The notes under the pieces are model-generated. The model was not told where the DNA came from, ran no database searches, and was given only the letters and a program-made list of their open reading frames with translations. Below are positions 10,012-19,600 of a stretch of DNA of 64,000 bases, in pieces. The translations under genes were made by a program, and so were the position numbers. Origin of the DNA: Bacteroidia bacterium (lineage in GTDB: Bacteria; Bacteroidota; Bacteroidia; M30B66); contig OZ257142.1 in the NCBI GenBank assembly GCA_965279035.1, forward strand, positions 4,032,001-4,096,000, in the 5' to 3' direction. Numbering within the stretch: the first letter of the stretch is position 1; each line of letters opens with the position of its first letter.

Positions 10012-11538
10012 ATGAGTACATTACTCGACGAGAACGAAATTCAATTGCCGAAAGAAGGGCCTGAAAATGCCGAACTAGCTGCCATCCGAAATTTCAAAGG
10101 ACAGTATCCTAAACAGCTTTGGTATCTGTTTTTTTCCGAAATGTGGGAACGTTTCTGTTTCTATGGAATGCGCGGAATGCTTACGGTATTCATGATCGAT
10201 AAGATTGTGGGATTAGGTATGGCCGAAGATGTTGCCAATCTCCAATATGGTGCAACCCAAGCTTTCGTATATGCTTTCACCTTTATAGGAGGTTTGTTTG
10301 CAGATAAAATATTAGGATTCCGCAAATCGCTTTTCTGGGGTGGATTACTCATGATTACTGGAAGTCTCATTTTGGCCTTCGATCCACAACACTTATTCTT
10401 TGTTGGAATTAGCTTTACCATAGTTGGAACAGGATTCTTCAAGCCGAATATCTCCACTATGGTAGGTGCATTATACCATTCCAACGATAGTCGAAGGGAT
10501 GCCGGATTCTCGCTCTTTTATGCTGGAATCAATATCGGAGCACTTTTGGGAGGATATGCTTGCGTTACCATCGCGAAAACCTATTCCTGGAACCTTGCTT
10601 TCGGTTTAGCTGCAATTGTGATGACGATCAGCTTGCTCACCTTCCTATTTACCCAAAAAAGCCTTGGACCAATTGGATTAAGTCCGATCAAACAATCGGG
10701 TAAAAAATGGTTCGAATATGCAACATACATTGGATCATTACTGGTGATACCGCTTATCATGGTTATGGTTGCAAAAACCGAATACACCGATTATTTCATG
10801 TACACCATTGGTCCTTGTACCTTGATTTATTTGTTTTATGAAATGTCGAAATACAGTGTTGAAGAACGTAAAAAGCTCTTTGCTGCTTTAATTTTCATCA
10901 TTTTCTCTATCCTATTTTGGGCATTCTTCGAACAAAGCGGTGGATCTTTAAACATCTTCGCGACCAACAATTTACATGGTGAACTTTTCGGATTCAAAGT
11001 CGATCCGAATGGAATTAACAATTCGGCCAATTCATTCTTCGTCATTGCTTTTGCGGCCCTTGTTGGACTACTTTGGGTTGGCTTAAGCAAAAGAGGGAAA
11101 GAACCCAATACCGTTGTAAAATTTGGACTAGGCTTTCTGTTCCTCGGGCTTGCATTCTTTGTCTTTTATGCAACACGCTTCTTTGCTGGTAGTGATGGAA
11201 AAACATCTCTTGAAGTATTTACGCTCGCTTATTTCATCATCACATTTGGTGAACTTTGCTTATCTCCAATTGGCTTGTCAATCATGACCAAACTATCACC
11301 TCAACCACTTCAAGGTGTGATGATGGGAATGTGGTTCTTAGCAAGTGCTTATGGACAATATGTAGCAGGTTTATTAGGTGCCGGAATGACAGCACCTGGA
11401 GAAAATGCAACAGCACTTGAGAAGTTAACATCGTACACAGGAGGATACCAACAACTGGCTATCTATGCTGTTATTTGTGGAGTGTTATTAATTGTGATTT
11501 CACCTCTCGTTAAGAAATTGATGGGTACAGTGAAATAA
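10012..11538 (+). CDS. POT/PTR family proton-dependent oligopeptide transporter
   Basis: EMWERFCFYG, GGLFADKILG, GTGFFKPNIS, FYAGINIGA, GELCLSP. Confidence 0.93.
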   Translation: MSTLLDENEIQLPKEGPENAELAAIRNFKGQYPKQLWYLFFSEMWERFCFYGMRGMLTVFMIDKIVGLGMAEDVANLQYGATQAFVYAFTFIGGLFADKILGFRKSLFWGGLLMITGSLILAFDPQHLFFVGISFTIVGTGFFKPNISTMVGALYHSNDSRRDAGFSLFYAGINIGALLGGYACVTIAKTYSWNLAFGLAAIVMTISLLTFLFTQKSLGPIGLSPIKQSGKKWFEYATYIGSLLVIPLIMVMVAKTEYTDYFMYTIGPCTLIYLFYEMSKYSVEERKKLFAALIFIIFSILFWAFFEQSGGSLNIFATNNLHGELFGFKVDPNGINNSANSFFVIAFAALVGLLWVGLSKRGKEPNTVVKFGLGFLFLGLAFFVFYATRFFAGSDGKTSLEVFTLAYFIITFGELCLSPIGLSIMTKLSPQPLQGVMMGMWFLASAYGQYVAGLLGAGMTAPGENATALEKLTSYTGGYQQLAIYAVICGVLLIVISPLVKKLMGTVK

Positions 11539-11558
11539 TAAGGAATTAGACCTTCAAG

Positions 11559-11596
11559 AATGCCGGCTTACATCTGTTTGTCGGCATTTTTATTTT
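11559..11596 (+). terminator. Intrinsic terminator after POT operon
   Basis: AATGCCGGC...GTCGGCATT stem followed by T-tract. Confidence 0.7.
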
Positions 11597-11654
11597 ATTC
11601 AAATCCTTCGTTTCGACCTTTTTCCAATGTACTTTTAACTCTTCAATTGATTGT

Positions 11655-12176
11655 ATGAGGACACTACTATTCATTCTTTTCTTCCTTCCCAATTTGCTTC
11701 CTGCTCAAACAGAAAGCATTCATTGGATGAGTTTTACTGAAGCCATGGCAAAACGTCAAATGGCACCGAAGAAAATATTCATTGATATGTATACCGATTG
11801 GTGTGGCTGGTGTAAACGCATGGATGCAAATACATTTTCACATCCCGAAGTGATAAAATACATGAATCAACATTTCTATGCAGTCAAATTCAATACAGAG
11901 AAAGAAGGTCCAATAGCCGTTGGGGATACAACGTATAAACTCAATCCTCAATATGGCCGAAACGGTACACACGAACTTGCCGTTGAATTGCTCCAAGGTA
12001 AACTTTCCTATCCCACTTTTGTATTCTTAGATGAACGATTTAATTTGTTAAGCCCTTTACCAGGATATCAAACTCCTGATCAAATTGAGCCCGTTTTGCG
12101 CTTCTTCGCCGAAGGAATTTACCTAACAACTTCCTGGGCAGATTATCAGAAAAAGTTTGTGCCCTCTTGGAAATAA
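11655..12176 (+). CDS. Exported thioredoxin-fold protein (DUF255/DsbD-like thioredoxin family)
   Basis: Signal peptide; KKIFIDMYTDWCGWCKRMD CxxC motif; SYPTFVFLD cis-Pro loop. Confidence 0.85.
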   Translation: MRTLLFILFFLPNLLPAQTESIHWMSFTEAMAKRQMAPKKIFIDMYTDWCGWCKRMDANTFSHPEVIKYMNQHFYAVKFNTEKEGPIAVGDTTYKLNPQYGRNGTHELAVELLQGKLSYPTFVFLDERFNLLSPLPGYQTPDQIEPVLRFFAEGIYLTTSWADYQKKFVPSWK

Positions 12177-12200
12177 GGAACAATTCTGAACCAACATAGA

Positions 12201-13187
12201 ATGAATGTAGACCTGAATTTGAATAAAACTCCAAGATCACTTCTCATATTTTATGTTCTGGTTTTATATGTTGTTTTTCAATTCTGTTGGTGGTATTACT
12301 TGCTTTTTCACCTCAACAATCAAATTTTCGATTTAAAAGCCAGTCTTACAGGGCTTATTCAAAAAGATGCAGGCAGCATAATTCAACTAAAATCGAAGCT
12401 CAGCCAGAAACAACGAATGATTTTTGGAGAAGGATTAGTATTTCTCCTTCTATTACTTCTTGGTATGTTGCAAACTAGGAAATCCTTTCGTAGAGAAAAT
12501 AGAGTTGCTCGTTTACAAAAAAACTTCTTGCTCTCAGTCACCCATGAATTAAAATCACCCATTGCATCTGTTAAACTTTACCTTCAAACGCTCGAGAAAA
12601 GAGATCTTGATCGATCAAAACAACTTGATCTAGTAAAGAAAGCCATTCAGGACACAAATAGACTCGATCTGTTGGTTGAGAATATTTTACTCGCTGCACA
12701 AATCGATAATCGAGTCCTAAAAATTCAACAGGAAACAATCAATCTCACAGAGTTTATTGAGAACTTCATTCATGAGTTTGAAGAGAAAAATGAAATCAAT
12801 ATTGAAGGTCAAAGAGAGGAAAACGTTCAGATAAAAGCCGATTCGCTCGCCTTACATTCTATCTTATTGAATATAACAGAAAACAGCTTAAAGTATGGAG
12901 GCTTAAGTCCAAAAATAGCTATTGAATTAAGGACTCAATTTGATCAAATTATCTTAAGAATATCGGACGAAGGAATTGGAATTAAAGAAGATGAAAGGGA
13001 ACGGGTTTTTGAAAAATTCTTCCGTTCTGGAAATGAAGAAACGCGACAAAGCAAAGGAACCGGTCTAGGACTTTATATTGTGAAATACTTAGTAAATCAA
13101 CAAAAGGGTTCAATTTCCGTTCTTCATAACACACCAAAAGGGAGTATTTTTGAACTCCGATTTAAAATAGTCGAATCTAATGATTGA
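12201..13187 (+). CDS. Two-TM sensor histidine kinase
   Basis: THELKSP H-box, NITENSLKY N-box, DEGIGI, FEKFFR, GTGLGL. Confidence 0.92.
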   Translation: MNVDLNLNKTPRSLLIFYVLVLYVVFQFCWWYYLLFHLNNQIFDLKASLTGLIQKDAGSIIQLKSKLSQKQRMIFGEGLVFLLLLLLGMLQTRKSFRRENRVARLQKNFLLSVTHELKSPIASVKLYLQTLEKRDLDRSKQLDLVKKAIQDTNRLDLLVENILLAAQIDNRVLKIQQETINLTEFIENFIHEFEEKNEINIEGQREENVQIKADSLALHSILLNITENSLKYGGLSPKIAIELRTQFDQIILRISDEGIGIKEDERERVFEKFFRSGNEETRQSKGTGLGLYIVKYLVNQQKGSISVLHNTPKGSIFELRFKIVESND

Positions 13188-14688
13188 GAAAAAAGTTGCC
13201 TTGCTAATTTTAGATGGTTGGGGTTTAGGAAATGGGACTCATTCGGATGCAATTGCGAATGCTTCAACGCCCGTTATGAGCCGATTATACCGAACAAATC
13301 CTTGGTCTAAACTGCGCACCGATGGACTAAACGTTGGATTACCTGAAGGACAAATGGGGAATTCGGAGGTTGGACACTTGAATATTGGTGCTGGTCGAGT
13401 TGTTTTTCAAGAGTTGGTTCGAATTAATAAAGCAATCGAAGAAAAAGCGATTGATCAAAATCCTGTTTTAATTGAATCCTTTCGTATTGCTCGAGAAGAT
13501 AATAAAACACTTCACTTCTTCGGTTTAGTGTCGGATGGCTGTATTCATTCTTCCGATAAACACCTTCATCACCTCATCGCATTGGCAGAGAAAAGCGGAG
13601 TAAAAAGATTTTACGTTCATGCCTTTACCGACGGAAGAGATACGGATCCTAAAAGTGGTTTTGGATTCTTGAAAACGCTTGAAAATAAATTAGAAGGGAC
13701 TCACGGTAAGTTGGCAACAATTGTAGGAAGGTATTATGCCATGGATCGTGATAAACGTTGGGATAGAGTGAAAATCGCTTACGATATGTTGGTTCATGGT
13801 ACTGCCGAACAATCCAGCGACTTGCTTCAAACATTGAACAATCGATACGATTCAGGTGAAACAGATGAGTTTATTAAACCGATCATATTGCAAGGTGAAA
13901 AGTGTACAATTCAACCAGGTGATGTAGTGATTAGTTTTAATTACCGAACCGATCGTTGTCGTGAAATCACGGAAGTGTTAACTCAAACGAATATGCCAGA
14001 AGCGGGTATGAGCACACTTCCATTGCATTATGTTACAATGACTAATTACGATGAATCATACAATGGAATTCAAGTTATTTTCCATAAAGATGATTTGTCG
14101 AATACCCTGGGAGAAGTCATTTCCAAGGCGAATAAAACGCAATTGCGAATTGCTGAGACAGAGAAATATCCGCATGTCACATTTTTCTTTTCTGGTGGAA
14201 GAGAATCTGCTTTCCAAGGAGAATCTAGAATTATGATTCCTTCTCCCAAAGTGGCTACCTACGATTTGCAACCCGAAATGAGTGCACCAGGAATTCGTGA
14301 TGCCATCATTGCTGATGTGGAAACCAATCAACCTGATTTTATCTGTCTCAATTTTGCCAATGCTGATATGGTTGGTCACACAGGTGTTTATTCAGCCATC
14401 ATAAAAGCAGTCGAAACAGTAGATTCATGTTTAGGTGATGTATTAAGTTGCCTCCACGATTATCATTATTCGGTCATTATTATTGCTGATCATGGCAATG
14501 CCGATTTTGTAGAAAATAACGATGGATCACCCAATACAGCTCATACAACCAATCCGGTTCCATGTATCTTAATTGATCCCGATAACAAGGAAATTAAAGA
14601 TGGTAAACTGGCTGATATTGCACCTACGATTTTAACCTTGATGAACATTCCAATTCCTGAAATCATGGATGGGAATGTGTTGATTTAA
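13180..14688 (+). CDS. gpmI: 2,3-bisphosphoglycerate-independent phosphoglycerate mutase
   Basis: LILDGWG, GQMGNSEVGHLNIGAGR, GRYYAMDRD, AETEKYPHVTFF, ADMVGHTG. Confidence 0.97.
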   Translation: MIEKKVALLILDGWGLGNGTHSDAIANASTPVMSRLYRTNPWSKLRTDGLNVGLPEGQMGNSEVGHLNIGAGRVVFQELVRINKAIEEKAIDQNPVLIESFRIAREDNKTLHFFGLVSDGCIHSSDKHLHHLIALAEKSGVKRFYVHAFTDGRDTDPKSGFGFLKTLENKLEGTHGKLATIVGRYYAMDRDKRWDRVKIAYDMLVHGTAEQSSDLLQTLNNRYDSGETDEFIKPIILQGEKCTIQPGDVVISFNYRTDRCREITEVLTQTNMPEAGMSTLPLHYVTMTNYDESYNGIQVIFHKDDLSNTLGEVISKANKTQLRIAETEKYPHVTFFFSGGRESAFQGESRIMIPSPKVATYDLQPEMSAPGIRDAIIADVETNQPDFICLNFANADMVGHTGVYSAIIKAVETVDSCLGDVLSCLHDYHYSVIIIADHGNADFVENNDGSPNTAHTTNPVPCILIDPDNKEIKDGKLADIAPTILTLMNIPIPEIMDGNVLI

Positions 14689-14707
14689 TCTATTAATTCA
14701 TAATAAT

Positions 14708-14743
14708 AAAAAGCCTCATAAATTCAATTTTATGGGGTTTTTT
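14708..14743 (+). terminator. Intrinsic terminator after gpmI
   Basis: AAAAAGCCTCATAAA...TTTATGGGGTTTTTT hairpin with T-tract. Confidence 0.7.
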
Positions 14744-15061
14744 ATTGATAGATTGAAAACTCCACTATGAAACACATGTGCTTTTATTTATATAAACTCA
14801 ATGCCGAATAGTCATTTTAGCTATTTCAATTGCAAATGATATTTCAATTGTAATTGAATACTATTTGAATTCTATATAATACTGCTAGTTCAATAAAATT
14901 AATGGAGTCAAACAATGATCATTAACAAAAAACGAATAGTTTCTGAAAGTTGTTTTTATTCATTAAAGGTTGATTTACAAAATGTAGCAATTCCAAAATG
15001 GTGATTTTTCATTAGATTTATCATACTGTTTTGAGCTTACCCAACAATTAAAAACCTAATC

Positions 15062-16474
15062 ATGAAATGCACTTTACTTTATTTCACCTTTTCAATTTTA
15101 TTGATAATAGGAACATCTAATCTTGTAGCACAAGTATATGTTGACCAAATTACTGTTACAAATACAGGAACAGATGGATATACATCTTGTTGTGGTTTAA
15201 ATCCAACAACGGATGATTTTTCGGCAAGCAAACGAATTACTTCAAGAGCACTTGGAGTTCCTCAAGCTTCTGATGCTGCTACACCAATAGCATCATATAA
15301 CTTTTACTCGATGGGATTTGGAGGAGAAGTTATTGTTAGAATGGGAAATGGATTCAATAATATAGCTGGCGAGGACCTTCAAATTCATGAAACATCTTTC
15401 GGCGCAATCTCAGCATGTTCTGGACTAAATCCCGATATGGTAAGGGTTTGGGTTTCTCAAGACAACTGCAATTATATACTTATAGGTGATTTCTGTGAGC
15501 AAGGTCCTAATCCAATCCTCATTAGCTTACCAGCTTATTTACCATGGGCTAGATTTGTGAAATTAAAAGATATAACCACTAACTTTAATACGATAGCAAC
15601 TGCAGGTCAAGATGGCTTCGACCTTGATGGATTAAAAGGCCTTTCAGCTAGATCTACAGCTCCTTCTTCCGGAAGTTCAATATATGGGGCAGCAGTAATT
15701 AGCTTTACTCAAGGATTGAATAAAAATGGAAGTGCTGTTGCTCTTTCATACAGTGATCCATCACGTGCTTTAGGAGCACCTCAACTAAGTGACTTGGCAG
15801 GAGCCCCAGTAAATTATGTGAGTCTAGGATTCGGAGGTTCTATTACTTTGGAAATGGACAGACTTGTTTTTAAACGAGCAACTGGTGGAGAAATTCAAAT
15901 TGCAGAAACAAGTACAGGAAGTCCAAGTTGTGCTTCCAATCCAGAACAAGCCAAAATATATACTTCGCTCAATGGAACTTCGTGGGTAACAATTGGAACT
16001 ATTTGTAGCGATGGACAATTAAGTATTCCAGCATCTTCCGGACTTTTGACAACTACGGGGCAGTATGCATTTAGATTCATTAAAATTACAGATGTTTCAA
16101 ATTCAGCATCGTTTAGTAGCAGCACGGCGAATGGGTTCGACTTGGATGGTGTTGTTGGACAAACATGCTCAACATCTGCAAAGCTTGCTGATTCTTCAGA
16201 GGAATTTGAATCAGAACAAATCCAATTGGAAAATGAGGGTATTGCATTATTCCCCAATCCATCGAATGGTTTATTTACAATAAAAACTAATTCTATAAAT
16301 GCTAATGGTGTGATTCGAGTATATACTACTTCAGGTGCACTAATAATAGAAAAACGTCTCACTGGAATTGAGGAAAATATTCAATTATCAATTCAAGATT
16401 TTCCGGTTGGACTATATCTAGTTTCTTATCAAAATGGCGAAAAACAATTTATTAGTCGTTTAATAAAAAATTAG
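15062..16474 (+). CDS. T9SS type-A sorted protein with two tandem copies of a beta-rich domain
   Basis: Signal peptide; duplicated ALGxPQ..S(M/L)GFGG..ETS..RF(V/I)K..GFDLDG unit; C-terminal LFPNPS..GLYLV..RLIKN CTD. Confidence 0.82.
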   Translation: MKCTLLYFTFSILLIIGTSNLVAQVYVDQITVTNTGTDGYTSCCGLNPTTDDFSASKRITSRALGVPQASDAATPIASYNFYSMGFGGEVIVRMGNGFNNIAGEDLQIHETSFGAISACSGLNPDMVRVWVSQDNCNYILIGDFCEQGPNPILISLPAYLPWARFVKLKDITTNFNTIATAGQDGFDLDGLKGLSARSTAPSSGSSIYGAAVISFTQGLNKNGSAVALSYSDPSRALGAPQLSDLAGAPVNYVSLGFGGSITLEMDRLVFKRATGGEIQIAETSTGSPSCASNPEQAKIYTSLNGTSWVTIGTICSDGQLSIPASSGLLTTTGQYAFRFIKITDVSNSASFSSSTANGFDLDGVVGQTCSTSAKLADSSEEFESEQIQLENEGIALFPNPSNGLFTIKTNSINANGVIRVYTTSGALIIEKRLTGIEENIQLSIQDFPVGLYLVSYQNGEKQFISRLIKN

Positions 16475-16564
16475 TTTTTCCATTAGAAAATAGTTGAATT
16501 GCATTTTATAAAAACAAACCAGAATGCATATTTCTTAAAGACTTTCCTTAAAGAAAATACAATG

Positions 16565-16601
16565 AAAAACCCCCGTAAAGAATAACTCTACGGGGGTTTT
16601 T
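16565..16601. terminator. Bidirectional intrinsic terminator between convergent T9SS genes
   Basis: AAAAACCCCCGTA...TACGGGGGTTTTT perfect inverted repeat with A/T tracts. Confidence 0.85.
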
Positions 16602-16621
16602 ATTATAGTTAAACAAGATAT

Positions 16622-19600
16622 TTATCGAAGCAGTACAACAGTTCCTTCGTAATTGGTCTTTATGCCACTTCGTTGAGTTGCATCAATTTTATAAATGTAA
16701 ACTCCACCATCACAAACATTGTCTTTTAGCAAGGTTCTTCCATCCCAACCATTTTCCATATCGTACGAAGAATATAACAATTGACCCCAACGATTGTAAA
16801 TAAGCATTTGGAATTCAGTTACATCTTCACCATAAACACGGAAGAAATCATTGTAACCATCGTTGTTTGGTGTGAAAGCAGTTGGAACATATACTTTATA
16901 TCCAAGTTCAACTATGGCTTGTTTCGTTAATGAATCGCGACAACCAAATGTTGTAGTAACTACTTGACGAATATCATAAATTCCAGAATCAGGGAAAGTG
17001 TATCGTGTGTCGGCTTGGTATATATAAGCAGTATCATCAACAACGTAAAAAACTTCATCACCACCTTGAGAAAGATCAATGAAATCCATTTCTGGTTTGG
17101 TTATGTATACGATTTCAGGATTAAGAGCAAAATCGGCATTAGGAGTTGGATAAATACGAATCATTTCATTGATAAGATAAGTATTTGAACAACCTTTCTC
17201 GGAAGTAATAGTTAAAGAAACATCATAAACTCCTGGATCATTATAGAGAACCGTTGGATTATCTATTTCTGCACCTCGTCCATTTCCAAATGACCAAACT
17301 CGTGTCTTAATTGGATCATCTGATTCACTTAGATTGGTAAAATTGATCACTTTAGGATCGCAACCAACAAAAAAGTCAGAAATGAAATTGGCAACAGGCA
17401 TTTTATAAACCATTACTGGAGCCTGATACAAATTACTTTCACAACCGCGGTCGGTAATGGTTAAACGAACAATTTGTAAACCAGTTGAGTTATAAATAAT
17501 GTCTTGAGGACTTTCTAATGTTGAAGTTGCATTATTTGCCCAAGGACCAAATTCCCATGCAAAAGTTGCATTGGCTGAATAATATCCATCTGCATCAAAA
17601 TTAAACGAATTCCCTTCAAAACATGCAGGATTTGGAGCTATAAATGAGGCAATTGGTTGAGGATTGACTGTGATAACAACTGTGTCTTTTGTTGAACAAA
17701 TCTGGTCGGTAGTAGTCACTATGTATGTGTAATCGGTTGGTTGACCAGACATGTTTGAAATAGTAGCTGTAGGGTTAGAAATTGTTGAAAAATCTAAACC
17801 TCCTATAGGGGACCAAGAATAAGTATAACCTGCAACTGGAGGAGCTCCAATTGCAGCAGGTTCAAGTGAACAAACAATCAAATCAGATCCAGCATTTGAA
17901 ACAGGTAATGCAATAACTACTGGAGTGATAGAACCAATTGCCGAAGAACAACCATGCTCTGTAATTACAAGTGAATATTGTCCAGCATCAGTTAATTGAG
18001 CATTGGTAATTGAAATATTTTGAGTTGCTGCACTAAAACTTCCAGGACCAGTCCAAGCATAGGTTGTTCCTACAATTGGAAGCGGTGCAGGCCCTGTAAT
18101 AGTTAGGGTTGTATTTTCACATACAGGTGAATTCGAAATTAAAACTGGAGTTGTTGGAATTGGATAAATATTGACTGTAGTTGAACCAGCTAAACTCCAA
18201 CATCCATTAACCTGAACACGTAATGTATACACACCTGACATAGAAGATGTAACGGCATTCACTGTTGCATTTTGATTGGAAGATATAACCGTTCCAATTG
18301 GATTCTTCCATTCATAAGTTGCTCCAGCAATAGCTGGAACATTCAATTGAAGATTATCGCCATCGCATAATGGACCATTATTCGTTGGAACAGGTGTAGT
18401 TGGATATGGATTGATAACAGCTGTAGTTGAACCAGGTAAACTTGGACAGGAGTTTACACTTACAATACAAGAATAATTTCCATTTGCGGCATTGGCAGCA
18501 GCTGCAATTGATGGATTTTGCAAGGAAGATGTAAATGAATTGGGACCAGACCAGCTGAAAGTACCTCCAGCATAGTTGTTACTTGTAAAGTTCAAGGGTG
18601 TTCCTTCGCAAACAGGGCCGCTATTGGAAAGAGTCGGAGTTGCAGGTGTCGCAAAAACAAACACATTCACCGAACTGATACTTGAACAGTTATTAATTGG
18701 ATTAAGCGCAGTTACCTGATAAACTCCAGCCATAGCAGGCGTTACATTAGTCAGTACCGGGTTTTGAAGGTTTGATGCAAATCCATTAGGGCCAATCCAA
18801 GTATATTGACCATTATCAACATTACTTGCTGTTAAAGAAACATTTTGTCCTTCGCATGCAGGACCAGATACTCCCGCCTGAACAGGGCACTGAGAACAAG
18901 AAGCTGGTGCATTATAATTTCCAATCGCTGCGCAGGTATTATCATCAGAAAATACGACAGTTAATTGTTCCGCATTTCCGTTTGATGATAGATTGGTGAA
19001 ATTGTAATTTACGGAAGTCGCAAATGGTGCATTAAAACTGAGGAATCCACCAGATGAATTTGTAATTGTTAATGAACCAGTAGAAGGTGGATTTGTAAAA
19101 TTGATTGTACCGGCTAAAATATAAGTATTGGTTGTTGGATCACAAACAGTTGGAGCTGGTGTAGCATCTACACTACAAAAAATACTACAGTCGGTTGAGC
19201 CTGTTCCTCCATTTTGTTGAAAATTAATATTCGTTGCTAGATTCGAAAAATTTGTAAGAAGTAAAACATAATATTCTCCAGCTTGAGCATTCGCAATTGA
19301 ACAATTTTCAGTAGCTGAAGCAGAGTAGCTACAATCAATTACGTTAGTAGCATTTGCTGCCCATACAGGATCTAATACTTGAGTACAAACACCATTGGTC
19401 CATTGTGTTTGAGAAAACGGTCCCCAACAAATAAAGTCGACATCAAAACCTGAAGTGATTTGTAAGTCAATTGGTCCTGTATTCTGAACCTTCATAAAAT
19501 ACCAAGCTGGATTTGGAGTAGAACCTAGGCAACTAATACCTCCTCCAAATTCTGATTGTGTTCCTGTAGCTGCAGGAAAGGTAATACCCCCAGCTACATC

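Noticed and set aside
14744-15061. Riboswitch or ncRNA in the long AT-rich intergenic region
   Set aside because: No recognisable aptamer consensus or stable GC stems
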